Positions 10,078 to 20,071 of a stretch of 56,360 nt of DNA are shown piece by piece; the first letter of the stretch is position 1; every line of letters starts with the position of its first letter. The translations under genes were made by a program, and so were the position numbers. The notes under the pieces are model-generated. The model saw only the letters and a program-made list of their open reading frames with translations, had not been told where the DNA came from and ran no database searches. Source of the DNA: an uncultured Rikenellaceae bacterium (lineage in GTDB: Bacteria; Bacteroidota; Bacteroidia; Bacteroidales; VadinHA17); assembly GCA_964637415.1 (NCBI GenBank), contig CAZWUB010000002.1, forward strand, positions 15,385 through 71,744, in the 5' to 3' direction.

Positions 10078-12903
10078 ATGAACGGGTGCATTGAAATCAG
10101 GGGGGCGAGGGTACATAATCTGAAAAATATAAGTTTAAAAATTCCAAGGAACAGGCTTGTCGTAATTACCGGTGTATCAGGCTCGGGGAAGTCCTCTCTG
10201 GCCTTTGATACGATCTATGCAGAAGGTCAGAGAAGATATGTGGAAAGTCTGTCGTCATATGCCCGTCAGTTTCTGGGCAGAATGAACAAGCCAGAAGTTG
10301 ATTTTATAAGTGGTATTCCTCCTGCAATTGCCATAGAGCAGAAGGTAAATTCCCGTAATCCAAGGTCAACTGTAGGCACATCAACCGAGATCTATGACTA
10401 TTTAAGGCTGCTCTATGGCAGGATAGGCAGGACAATTTCGCCGGTTTCCGGGAAAGAGGTCAGGAAACACAGTGTTGATGATATAGTAGATTTCCTTGCT
10501 TCCCTACCTGAAGAAACAAAAGTGATAATAACCTCATCGGGTAAGATACCTGAAAACATTTCAATATCCGACTACTTCTCATTTTTGAGCAAACAGGGAT
10601 TTGACCGGATCGAATCGGAAGGGAAAATCATAAGGACTGACGAAATAAGGGATTCAAAGGAATTCAAACCCGGTCAGAGTATCAATATTGTAATTGACCG
10701 GCTTGTAATCAGTCATTCAGCAGATAATTTCAGCAGGGCGGCTGATTCGGCACAGACTGCTTTCCAGACAGGGCAGGGATATTGCCAGGTAATTATTCAG
10801 GATGATGATACGATCAGGAGGGAAAACTTCTCAAATAAATTTGAAGCTGACGGTATTCTCTTTGAAGTACCATCCGAGCATCTTTTCAGTTTCAATAATC
10901 CTATAGGTGCTTGTCCGGTCTGTGAAGGCTATGGAAAAATTATCGGGATTGATGAAAATCTTGTTATCCCCGACAAGAACCTTTCCGTCTATGATGATGC
11001 AATAGTTTGCTGGAAGGGAGAAACAATGAAGAAATGGAAGGAACGGCTTGTTGCCGGTGCCGATCAGTCTGGTTTTCCCATACACAAGCCCTGGTTCCAG
11101 CTGACCGCAGAGCAAAAGGAGCTTGTCTGGAAAGGTAACAGGTATTTCTATGGTCTGCACAGGTTCTTTCAGCATCTTGAAGAAAAGAAATATAAGATAC
11201 AGTATCGTGTTATGCTGAGCCGTTATCGCGGAAAAACGGTCTGTACTGAATGCAGGGGATCGAGATTGAGGAAAGAGGCCGGATATGTACAGGTGGCAGG
11301 CAAGACTATCCAGGAACTCGTTAACATGCCCGTAAACAAGCTATATGATCATTTTCTGAATTTCAGGCTTGATTCTTCTGATACAATTATTGCTGAAAGA
11401 CTTTTAAAAGAGATCACGATCCGGCTCAGGTTCCTGCTCGATGTGGGATTATCTTATCTTACCCTCGACAGGCTGTCATCAAGTCTTTCGGGAGGAGAAT
11501 CCCAGAGGATTAATCTCTCTACATCTCTGGGCAGCAATCTTGTCGGATCGATGTATATACTTGACGAACCGAGCATTGGGTTGCATCCCCGTGATACCAA
11601 TCTGCTTATAAAGGTATTGAGGGAACTGAGGGATCTTGGGAACACAGTCATCGTTGTTGAGCATGAAGAGGAGATAATAAAGGCAGCCAATGAGATCATT
11701 GATCTCGGGCCTGAAGCCGGGAGGCTCGGCGGGGAGGTAGTATACCAGGGAGGCCTCGATCTGAGCCAGGCAAACAAATCACTTACAGCAGGTTACCTGA
11801 GTGGCAGGTTAAGTGTGCCGGTTCCCCGTGTAAGGAGAAAATGGAACAGTTTTATAGAAGTACGTGGGGCGAGGGAGAATAACCTTAAGGAGATAAATGT
11901 AAAATTTCCGCTTCACACAATAACCGTTGTAACAGGGGTAAGCGGATCCGGCAAATCGAGCCTTGTAACTGAAATCCTTTATAAATACCTGTCGGACAGG
12001 ATAACGGGAAGTAATCTGAAGCCCGGACAATTCAATGAGATAACGGGAGATATTGCAGCTCTTACGGGCATTGAACTTGTCGATCAGAATCCCATAGGAA
12101 AATCAAGCAGGTCGAATCCCGTAACCTATCTGAAAGCTTATGATGAAATACGGAAACTGTATTCTGAGCAGCAGGCATCTGTTCAGAACAATTTCAAGCC
12201 TTCTCATTTCTCATTCAATGTAGAGGGAGGAAGATGTGAAGAGTGCCAGGGAGAAGGGATCATACGGGTTGAGATGCAGTTCATGGCAGCGGTTGAATTA
12301 ACCTGTGAAGCCTGCAGGGGGATGAGGTTTAAAAGAGACATTCTTGATGTCAGATATAATGGAAAGAATATTTATGATGTCCTTGAAATGACGATTGATG
12401 AAGCTATTGATTTTTTTGGCAGTCATCCGGGGAAAAGCGAAAAAAAGATAATTGAAAAGCTCCGGCCCCTTTCCGATGTGGGTCTGGGATATATCAAGCT
12501 GGGCCAGTCATCCAGTACCCTCTCAGGCGGAGAAAGTCAGAGAGTAAAGCTGGCTTACTTTCTAAGCCAGGAAAAAAATACCGGTCATATTTTATTTATA
12601 TTTGATGAACCCACAACCGGACTTCATTTCCATGATATTAACAAGCTTCTGAAGTCGATAAATGCTCTTGTGGAACATGGCCATTCTGTCGTGATTATCG
12701 AGCATAACCAGGAGGTTATAAAGAGTTGCGACTGGGTGATCGACCTGGGGCCTGAAGGAGGCGAGGAAGGTGGTTACGTTATATTTGAAGGAAAGCCTGA
12801 AGATCTTGCCGGATGCAGGAAATCATATACAGGTAAATATCTTGCGATTAAACTGGATAAAAACAAACCGGGGGCGTTGAAATCAACACCCCCGGCAATC
12901 TGA
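10078..12903 (+). CDS. uvrA: excinuclease ABC subunit A
   Basis: 941-aa ORF with two ABC modules (GVSGSGKSSLAFDT and GVSGSGKSSLV), two LSGGESQR signatures and zinc-finger Cys clusters. Confidence 0.95.
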   Translation: MNGCIEIRGARVHNLKNISLKIPRNRLVVITGVSGSGKSSLAFDTIYAEGQRRYVESLSSYARQFLGRMNKPEVDFISGIPPAIAIEQKVNSRNPRSTVGTSTEIYDYLRLLYGRIGRTISPVSGKEVRKHSVDDIVDFLASLPEETKVIITSSGKIPENISISDYFSFLSKQGFDRIESEGKIIRTDEIRDSKEFKPGQSINIVIDRLVISHSADNFSRAADSAQTAFQTGQGYCQVIIQDDDTIRRENFSNKFEADGILFEVPSEHLFSFNNPIGACPVCEGYGKIIGIDENLVIPDKNLSVYDDAIVCWKGETMKKWKERLVAGADQSGFPIHKPWFQLTAEQKELVWKGNRYFYGLHRFFQHLEEKKYKIQYRVMLSRYRGKTVCTECRGSRLRKEAGYVQVAGKTIQELVNMPVNKLYDHFLNFRLDSSDTIIAERLLKEITIRLRFLLDVGLSYLTLDRLSSSLSGGESQRINLSTSLGSNLVGSMYILDEPSIGLHPRDTNLLIKVLRELRDLGNTVIVVEHEEEIIKAANEIIDLGPEAGRLGGEVVYQGGLDLSQANKSLTAGYLSGRLSVPVPRVRRKWNSFIEVRGARENNLKEINVKFPLHTITVVTGVSGSGKSSLVTEILYKYLSDRITGSNLKPGQFNEITGDIAALTGIELVDQNPIGKSSRSNPVTYLKAYDEIRKLYSEQQASVQNNFKPSHFSFNVEGGRCEECQGEGIIRVEMQFMAAVELTCEACRGMRFKRDILDVRYNGKNIYDVLEMTIDEAIDFFGSHPGKSEKKIIEKLRPLSDVGLGYIKLGQSSSTLSGGESQRVKLAYFLSQEKNTGHILFIFDEPTTGLHFHDINKLLKSINALVEHGHSVVIIEHNQEVIKSCDWVIDLGPEGGEEGGYVIFEGKPEDLAGCRKSYTGKYLAIKLDKNKPGALKSTPPAI

Positions 12904-12914
12904 CAGGAAATTAT

Positions 12915-13358
12915 CTATCGCTTAAGTTTAAATCCGAACATTATAGCCACACATCCGCTCAGTGGTGTCTGGCCCGACCGTGTTGCCGAGGGTACTTTTA
13001 TTACAAATTTCAGCTGCTGACTCGATTGCAGCCTGAAATCCCAGGTATTTGAATAGTTTTTATCTTTGTTTGAATAAAGAACATTCTTGTTCGAATCGAG
13101 TACTCTGAACTCTATTTCAGGCAGTTTTTCGTCTCCGACAATTGAAACTCTGTAATCCATGTCGGAATAAAAAGTCTTATATAACTCAGCTTCTTCACCT
13201 TCTACCAGAATAGCTGCATGGTAATTACCATCATGGGTATAGCTGACAAGCTTGGGCAGGCACTCTCTCTTGGCAAATGCCTTACATTGTGCATTGACAT
13301 ATCCGGTAATGGCAATGAGAAGGATTGCAGGCAGCAGAATTGTTTTTACTGATCTCAT
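12915..13358 (-). CDS. secreted hypothetical protein
   Basis: 147-aa ORF with a signal peptide (ILLPAILLIAITGYVNAQ). It starts 6 nt downstream of the preceding lipoprotein gene's stop codon. No known motif. Confidence 0.6.
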   Translation of the reverse strand: MRSVKTILLPAILLIAITGYVNAQCKAFAKRECLPKLVSYTHDGNYHAAILVEGEEAELYKTFYSDMDYRVSIVGDEKLPEIEFRVLDSNKNVLYSNKDKNYSNTWDFRLQSSQQLKFVIKVPSATRSGQTPLSGCVAIMFGFKLKR

Positions 13359-13364
13359 AGTCTT

Positions 13365-14285
13365 CTAAATTACGAATGAATTTCTGATCTCTGTTACAAT
13401 TTTCGACAGCTCCAGAAACACTTCCGGAGTCATATCTGTTTTTATTTCCGATTTCAGAACGGTTGATTTGGATTCAGGATCATATTCAGGTCTTACAGGT
13501 GATGTGTCTATTTTTATCTTATCAAACACTTCCTTCAGCCTGGTCATCTCCAGAATGATCTCATCTACAGCAGTATTACCTTTGCTGCTATTAAGAAGGT
13601 TCAAAAGGATGTCTATTGAGAGCTTCTGATCAATAATCCTTCCGACAAGCTTATTACCGTTAAAATCGTTCATATCTACAAGCTGGGTGGATATATACAG
13701 TCCTTCTATCCATCCTCCTGTCAGGACAATAGCAGCTGTTGCAGGCTGTCCGTTATCCTCCAGATAAGAGTTTGAATTCATGAAGGTCTGGGAAACGATA
13801 TCCATGATAACCTCACTATTGTTAATATTTTCTTCAAGTCTGTCAATATCTTCCTGTTCAATAGCCTTCAAAATGCCCAGTCCGTCAGCCATTTTTTTCG
13901 CTGCATTCATATAATCAATCAAAAGTTGTGTCTGTTCATAAAGGCTGGCAAAGCTCAGATCGCAGGTGTAAATTCCGAGGTTCAGAGCCATTGCTTTATT
14001 TGTAACATAATTATTGACAGATGATACCGGATTGAGAAGCTTTTCCTCAAACCTTGCTCCTGCTGATTTGATAAGCATAGCTGATTCAAGGGGAGAAGGC
14101 AATGCCTGGAATATCTTCTCTGCCTGCTTGATATCCTGCAATATAGCTTCCTTATCCTCTATATCAACCTCCATATCTTCCTGTGGCGCTTTTTTGCCAC
14201 CTTTACAATCGGTGAGCAGACAGACACCCAGCAATAATACAATACCGATACCGATACCGGAACCAATTCTGAGCCGTTTATTCAT
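13365..14285 (-). CDS. hypothetical lipoprotein (helical)
   Basis: 306-aa ORF with a lipobox-like LLTDCKGG after a hydrophobic segment. No known motif. Confidence 0.65.
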   Translation of the reverse strand: MNKRLRIGSGIGIGIVLLLGVCLLTDCKGGKKAPQEDMEVDIEDKEAILQDIKQAEKIFQALPSPLESAMLIKSAGARFEEKLLNPVSSVNNYVTNKAMALNLGIYTCDLSFASLYEQTQLLIDYMNAAKKMADGLGILKAIEQEDIDRLEENINNSEVIMDIVSQTFMNSNSYLEDNGQPATAAIVLTGGWIEGLYISTQLVDMNDFNGNKLVGRIIDQKLSIDILLNLLNSSKGNTAVDEIILEMTRLKEVFDKIKIDTSPVRPEYDPESKSTVLKSEIKTDMTPEVFLELSKIVTEIRNSFVI

Positions 14286-14360
14286 GACTTTAATAGATTA
14301 AATTGCAAACATAATTCCCGACTAAATTAGTATTTTATTTTTATTTATCAAAACAGCTGA

Positions 14361-14918
14361 TTGTTATTAACTCTATTTCTAACTTTACAAAAAATATCAA
14401 AGGTGATCAGATCAGAGAAAAAACTAAAGGAACTTGCAGGAATATTTAAAAAGGGAAATGTCCTTTTTATAGCCAGAGCAATTAAGTCACTCCGCGACGA
14501 AGAACCATTTGAAGGAGCCATCGGATTACTTGCTGAATATTATGACAGCTCTTCTGATAAAGGCATCTCAGACCTTATAGAAGACTTTTTTAATGATATC
14601 AAGCATCAATCAGCACGACCGGAAGTGATGGCAGAGATACGCAAGCCATGGAAACAGGATACAATCAGCATGCTCGTATCTTCGTGCTGGCAATCAGGAC
14701 TTGATTATTCAGAATATTCCGGAGATATTGCATCAGTTTTTCTGGAAGCTGATTATGCAACAGCTATCGAATGCATGACTGTTTTAGAAGAATCGGCAAC
14801 TATCAATACCAGGGAGCAGAAAGATAATATAATTGAGATAATAAAGAACAGTTCACGGGCTTTTACCCGTGAAAAGGCAGCCCTTACAAATGAACTGATA
14901 GAAATACTTGAACGCTAA
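14361..14918 (+). CDS. hypothetical protein
   Basis: 185-aa ORF from a TTG codon. An in-frame GTG at 14403 is an alternative start. Helical, with no recognisable motif. Confidence 0.5.
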   Translation: MLLTLFLTLQKISKVIRSEKKLKELAGIFKKGNVLFIARAIKSLRDEEPFEGAIGLLAEYYDSSSDKGISDLIEDFFNDIKHQSARPEVMAEIRKPWKQDTISMLVSSCWQSGLDYSEYSGDIASVFLEADYATAIECMTVLEESATINTREQKDNIIEIIKNSSRAFTREKAALTNELIEILER

Positions 14919-14945
14919 GGTTAACGATCATCCACCGGGAGGAAA

Positions 14946-15923
14946 TCAGTCCTCCGTTGCAAAATATTTCATGAACTGAGTCCTTTCGTAGACCACCGGC
15001 TTCTTATAATTACTGTAATTCAGTCTGCCCCTGAAATCGCTGACGGATGAGAATCCCTTCAGATCCATCCACTCTTCAATCTCCCGGTTCATGTTCTTAA
15101 TATAGCTCAATCCCTTGCCATAAAGTACTGAGCAAACCTGTACCGAGTCAGCACCAGCGAGGATGTATTTTATTGCATCATGTCCGCTGTGGACCCCCGT
15201 GGAAGCTGAAATATTGATTTTAATATCCTGGGCGCTAGCCATTCCGATCCATCTGAGAACATATCTCATTTCATTTTCCGAACTGAAAATTGATGCGGGA
15301 ATAATATCAATTTTGTCAAGATCAATATCCGGTTCATAAAACCTGTTGAACATTACTACTCCCGCGACACCCCTGACATAAAACTGATCGATAATATTAA
15401 GGATATTTGAAAATCTGAAGCCAATCTTGACTGCAACGGGGATCTTAATAATTTTCCTGAGCTTCTCTATCAGCTCGAGATATATTTTTTCCGATTCGGC
15501 AGCAGTCTTCTTTCTGTCAACCGGCAGAAAGAAAACATTTATCTCAAGTGCATCAGCCCCTGCTTCAGCTATATTCTTTGCAAACTCTGTCCAACCACCT
15601 GAAGAATAGCAATTAATGCTTGGTATTACAGGTACCGACAAGCTCTCTTTTGCACTTCTTATAAGATTCAGGTATTCATCGACAGCGTCTGATCTCATAT
15701 AATTTGAGACATAGTCATCTGCTTCCGGATATCCGGTAGCTACCGGAATAGTATGGATGTAATGGTCGATCTGTTCCTCAAACAGTGATTTAAGAACAAC
15801 AGCACCTGCACCAAATTCTTCAGCTTCTTTTAGGTGTGTGAGATTTGAGGTAAGTCTGCTGCTGCTGACAATAAGTGGACTGCTGAGATCGAGCCCAAGA
15901 TATTTAACTGATAACTTGCCCAT
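14946..15923 (-). CDS. dihydroorotate dehydrogenase-like protein (TIM-barrel flavoenzyme family)
   Basis: 325-aa ORF resembling class 1 DHOD-like proteins (LGLDLSSPLIVSSS, GAGAVVLKSLFEEQ, ALEINVF). Confidence 0.75.
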   Translation of the reverse strand: MGKLSVKYLGLDLSSPLIVSSSRLTSNLTHLKEAEEFGAGAVVLKSLFEEQIDHYIHTIPVATGYPEADDYVSNYMRSDAVDEYLNLIRSAKESLSVPVIPSINCYSSGGWTEFAKNIAEAGADALEINVFFLPVDRKKTAAESEKIYLELIEKLRKIIKIPVAVKIGFRFSNILNIIDQFYVRGVAGVVMFNRFYEPDIDLDKIDIIPASIFSSENEMRYVLRWIGMASAQDIKINISASTGVHSGHDAIKYILAGADSVQVCSVLYGKGLSYIKNMNREIEEWMDLKGFSSVSDFRGRLNYSNYKKPVVYERTQFMKYFATED

Positions 15924-15944
15924 TTGCTGTTTATTTAATAATAA

Positions 15945-16613
15945 TTAGTTTCGTTCACCAAATATAATACTTCCCAGCCTTATTATTGTGCTACCCTCCT
16001 CAATTGCAAGTTTGTAATCGCCCGACATACCCATCGAAATTTCTCTGAATGAATCACTTTCCATAAAGAATCTTCTCTTCAGTTCATCAAAACAAGCGGA
16101 AAGGTATCTGAATTCTTTCCTGATCTGACTCTCATTGTCCGTGAAAGTTGCCATTCCCATAACACCGCATATCCTGACCGATTTCATCTGGCTGAACCCT
16201 GGTGAACTGATCATACTTACAACTTCATCAATATCAAATCCGAATTTAGTTTCTTCGGATGCAATATGGAATTGCAGAAGGCAATCGGTGATCCGGTTAA
16301 TTTTTTCTGATTCGTCATTTATCACTTTCAGCAGCTTAAAAGAATCAACTGAGTGAATCATACTGATAAAAGGTACTATATATCTGACTTTATTGCTTTG
16401 GAGATGACCGATCAGATGCCATTCGATATCAGGGGGAAGGAAATCCTTTTTTGAAAGTAGTTCCTGTACCCTGTTCTCGCCAAATACTTTTTGCCCTGCA
16501 TTATATGCTTCGAGAATATCACTTACAGGTTTTGTTTTGGAAACTGCAACAAGCTTAACACCTTCCGGCAACCTTCTTTTCAGTGAAATAATATTTTCGG
16601 CAATACCTGGCAT
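15945..16613 (-). CDS. yggS: YggS-family pyridoxal phosphate homeostasis protein
   Basis: 222-aa ORF with LVAVSKTKP (PLP Lys), FGENRVQEL, HLIGHLQSNK. Confidence 0.9.
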   Translation of the reverse strand: MPGIAENIISLKRRLPEGVKLVAVSKTKPVSDILEAYNAGQKVFGENRVQELLSKKDFLPPDIEWHLIGHLQSNKVRYIVPFISMIHSVDSFKLLKVINDESEKINRITDCLLQFHIASEETKFGFDIDEVVSMISSPGFSQMKSVRICGVMGMATFTDNESQIRKEFRYLSACFDELKRRFFMESDSFREISMGMSGDYKLAIEEGSTIIRLGSIIFGERN

Positions 16614-16656
16614 GATATATTAAAAATGAGCATAACAAATATATGAGATTGATTTT

Positions 16657-16709
16657 TAAGAACTTACACAGAGACCCACAGAAGAACACAGAGTTCCACA
16701 GAGAAAAAG
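16657..16709. repeat. CACAGAG word array with 10-nt period
   Basis: CACAGAG at 16667, 16687 and 16697, and CACAGAA at 16677, with exact 10-nt spacing. The 17-mer TAAGAACTTACACAGAG is shared with 49543-49559. Confidence 0.85.
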
Positions 16710-17960
16710 TCAGTCGAGGAGGTGTATCACAAGTCCGCTGCGGAGCTTTGGCTCAAACCATGTCGATTTCGGAGGCATAATATTTCCCGAATCGGCAATT
16801 GAGATCAGTTGTTTCATTGATACAGGGTAAAGGGCGAAGGCCACCTTCATATCCCCGCTGTCCACCCTTTTCTTTAACTCTTCAAGGCCTCTTATTCCTC
16901 CTATAAAATCAATCCGCTTGGACCTTCTGAGATCCTGGATATCGAGTATTGGAGCAAGTATCTGATTTGTAAGGATTGTTACATCCAATATCCCGATCGG
17001 GTCACTGTCGGTATAAGTTCCTTTTCTTGCTGTAAGGCTGTACCAGACTCCGTCGAGGTACATCGAAAAGTTATGAAGCCGTTTTGGCTTATATATCTTC
17101 GATCCTTTTTTCCTGACCTTGAAGCCTTTTTCGAGCTTTGCAAGAAATTCTTTGGCAGTGAGACCGTTAAGGTCTTTGATTGTCCGGTTATAATCAATTA
17201 TTCTCAGCTGGTCTGAGGGAAAATGCACTGCAAGGAAATAATTATACTCCTCATTACCCTGATGCTTAGGATTCTTCCCCTGCTTTTCCTTTCCCACAAG
17301 TGCAGCCGCAGCTGTTCTGTGATGACCGTCAGCAACATAGGTGAACGGAACTTTCTCTTCGAAAATTTTTTGAATCAGGCTGATTGTTTCAGTATTTCTG
17401 ATCACCCAGAAGTGATGTCCGAATCCGTCTTCAGAAGTAAAATCATATTCCGGTTTCTCTTTTCTGACAATCTTTTTTACGATCTCATCAAGTTCCTTAA
17501 CAGGAGGATAAGTCAGGAAAACCGGTTCAATATTGGCGTTATTTGTGCGGATATGGACCATTCTGTCCTGTTCCTTATCGGGACGGGTAAGCTCATGCTT
17601 TTTAATTTTCCCGGTCATATAATCATCAACAGAGGAACATCCGACAATACCATACTGGGTCCTTCCGGCCATTGTCTGGGCATATATATAATAGCATGGT
17701 TCATCATCCTGTTTCAGCCAGCCGTTCTTCTGCCATAATTCAAAATTGCCTGCCGATTTTCTGTATACCTCTTCGGAATGAACATCTGTTCCCCCGGGCA
17801 TATCTATTTCCGCCCTTGTTATATGAAGGAGTGAAGACTCTCTGCCTTTTGCCATCTCAGCAGCTTCTGCGGTGCTCATTACGTCGTAAGGCAGACATGC
17901 CAGATCTTTTGCTATTTCACATGGAGGTCTCAGTCCTCTGAAAGGTTTAACAATTGCCAT
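16710..17960 (-). CDS. DUF1015 domain-containing protein
   Basis: 416-aa ORF with the DUF1015 hallmark N-terminus (MAIVKPFRGLRP) and ADGHHR motif. It sits next to serA/serC. Confidence 0.8.
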   Translation of the reverse strand: MAIVKPFRGLRPPCEIAKDLACLPYDVMSTAEAAEMAKGRESSLLHITRAEIDMPGGTDVHSEEVYRKSAGNFELWQKNGWLKQDDEPCYYIYAQTMAGRTQYGIVGCSSVDDYMTGKIKKHELTRPDKEQDRMVHIRTNNANIEPVFLTYPPVKELDEIVKKIVRKEKPEYDFTSEDGFGHHFWVIRNTETISLIQKIFEEKVPFTYVADGHHRTAAAALVGKEKQGKNPKHQGNEEYNYFLAVHFPSDQLRIIDYNRTIKDLNGLTAKEFLAKLEKGFKVRKKGSKIYKPKRLHNFSMYLDGVWYSLTARKGTYTDSDPIGILDVTILTNQILAPILDIQDLRRSKRIDFIGGIRGLEELKKRVDSGDMKVAFALYPVSMKQLISIADSGNIMPPKSTWFEPKLRSGLVIHLLD

Positions 17961-17977
17961 TGAACAAACTTTATTTA

Positions 17978-18898
17978 CTACTTATTTAATCTGTATTTCT
18001 CGTTGCCGGTCTCAAAAAAGCCGACAATCTGCCTTGCTGCTGCAACACCGGCATTAATATTGGCTTCTTCGGTCTGGGCACCCATCTTTTTAGCTGTAAA
18101 AATAAACCTGCCCGGATATTTTTCTGTAAAAACGGCTAAGGAATCGGGTTCTACATCCGAAAGGTATTTAAAGTCTGACCTTTCGGCAAATATTCTGAGA
18201 AGGCCTTCTTCATCAATTACCTCTTTCCTGGCAGTATTAACAAGGACAGCGTCTTCCGGCATTCTGCTTAGAAGGTTGTATCCGATCGATTTTTTGGTCT
18301 TGTCATTTGCCGGCATGTGAAGTGAAACATACTGGCTTATTGAATAGAGATCTTCAGCTGACTTACAGGGCTTCACACCCGAACCTGATATAACCTCATC
18401 ATTTACAAAAGGATCAAAAGCAAAGACATTCATTCCGAAACCATGCGCAATTTCTGCCATGTATTTAGAAACATTCCCGAATGCATGAAGCCCCAGAGTC
18501 TTTCCTCTCAGCTCTGTTCCGCTTTTACCTGCAAACCCTCTTCTGGCCTGGTAAAGCATCATTTCAAAAGCAAGTTCGGCAACGGCATTTGAATTCTGCC
18601 CGGGAGTATTCATTGCAACAACATTCCTGTCGGAGCACGCCTTCAGGTCCAGATTATCATACCCGGCGCCGGCTCTGACAACTATTCTCAAGTTCCCGGC
18701 AGCTTCAAGTACCTGTACATCAACAATATCGCTTCTCACAATAAGTGCGTCCGCATCAGAGACTGCTGAAAGAAGCTCCGATTTATCTTTATAATTCTCA
18801 AGTAATTTCAGTGTGAAGCCTGCTGATTCTGTTATCTCCCTGATCTGCTTTATTGCGACCGGAGCAAAAGGTTTTTCAGTAGCAACAAGTATTACCAT
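17978..18898 (-). CDS. serA: D-3-phosphoglycerate dehydrogenase (short form, D-2-hydroxyacid dehydrogenase family)
   Basis: 306-aa ORF with the D-isomer-specific 2-hydroxyacid dehydrogenase pattern (VVRAGAGYDNLD, NTPGQNSNAVAEL). It lies immediately downstream of serC. Confidence 0.8.
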   Translation of the reverse strand: MVILVATEKPFAPVAIKQIREITESAGFTLKLLENYKDKSELLSAVSDADALIVRSDIVDVQVLEAAGNLRIVVRAGAGYDNLDLKACSDRNVVAMNTPGQNSNAVAELAFEMMLYQARRGFAGKSGTELRGKTLGLHAFGNVSKYMAEIAHGFGMNVFAFDPFVNDEVISGSGVKPCKSAEDLYSISQYVSLHMPANDKTKKSIGYNLLSRMPEDAVLVNTARKEVIDEEGLLRIFAERSDFKYLSDVEPDSLAVFTEKYPGRFIFTAKKMGAQTEEANINAGVAAARQIVGFFETGNEKYRLNK

Positions 18899-18908
18899 GT
18901 CATAATTT

Positions 18909-19979
18909 TTAGTGAGACATCCCGAATTCTTTCATTGTATCGACAAGTGCCTGGACACTTTCGCGCGGAAGGGCATTATATGTCGAAGCCCTGAATCCTC
19001 CAACCGAACGGTGACCTGCGATTCCTATCATCCCCTTCGATTTTGCAAAATCGAGGAAAGGCTGTTCAAGTTCTTTATATCCTTCAGCCATCACAAAACA
19101 GATATTCATAAGTGAACGGTCTTCCGGGTCATTAACTGTTGGCACGAATAATTTGTTCCTGTCTATTTCATCATACAGCAATTGAGCCTTTTCAACATTT
19201 CTTTGATGCATAGCTTTCAGGCCGCCAAGTTCTTTAATCCACTTAAGCGTCTGTTCTGCTGCAAAAACAGTAAATACAGGAGGAGTGTTGAACATCGATT
19301 CAGATTTAATGTGAGTCCGGTAGTCAAGCATAGTTGGTATAGGACGGGATAGTTTACCCAGAATTTCTTCTTTTAATATAACAACTGCCACTCCTGCCGG
19401 TGCGAGGTTTTTCTGGGCACCTGCATAAATAACTGAATATTTTGAAACATCAACAGGACGGCTGAATATATCTGATGACATGTCTGCAACAAGAGGAATC
19501 TTAACATCCGGATCCTTTTTCAACTCTGTCCCATAAATAGTGTTATTTGTTGTAATATGAAAATAATCAGCATCTTCCGGCACATTATACTGCTTTGGGA
19601 TATAGGAAAAATTTTTATCTTTCGATGAAGCAACCTCAACGGCCTCGCCATAGATCTTCGCTTCCTTAAATGCTTTGTTTGCCCATTCTCCTGTTACAAG
19701 GTAAGCTGATTTCTTATTCATGAGGTTCATCGGGACCATAGCAAACTGCATGCTTGCACCGCCTCCGAGAAAAATGACCTGGTATCCGGATGGTACTTCA
19801 AGTAATTCCTTTACAAGTGTTATGGCATTATTCATACATGCTATAAATTCCTTGCTCCTGTGGGATATCTCAAGAACTGATAATCCGGTACCGGCAAAAT
19901 CCTTAATACCTTCAATGCTTTTGTCAATAGTGTATTGGGGCAGAATTGAAGGACCTGCATAAAAGTTGTGTTTCTTCAT
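18909..19979 (-). CDS. serC: phosphoserine aminotransferase
   Basis: 356-aa ORF: [10 protein letters not shown] start, [20 protein letters not shown] (PLP Lys). Confidence 0.95.
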   Translation of the reverse strand: MKKHNFYAGPSILPQYTIDKSIEGIKDFAGTGLSVLEISHRSKEFIACMNNAITLVKELLEVPSGYQVIFLGGGASMQFAMVPMNLMNKKSAYLVTGEWANKAFKEAKIYGEAVEVASSKDKNFSYIPKQYNVPEDADYFHITTNNTIYGTELKKDPDVKIPLVADMSSDIFSRPVDVSKYSVIYAGAQKNLAPAGVAVVILKEEILGKLSRPIPTMLDYRTHIKSESMFNTPPVFTVFAAEQTLKWIKELGGLKAMHQRNVEKAQLLYDEIDRNKLFVPTVNDPEDRSLMNICFVMAEGYKELEQPFLDFAKSKGMIGIAGHRSVGGFRASTYNALPRESVQALVDTMKEFGMSH

Positions 19980-20071
19980 GATTATAATGTTAAATAGTTA
20001 TTACGGAATTTCTAACCGTAAAAATAACAAAAGGGATGGAATAGTAAATTATAAGATTAAAAACAATCGGA

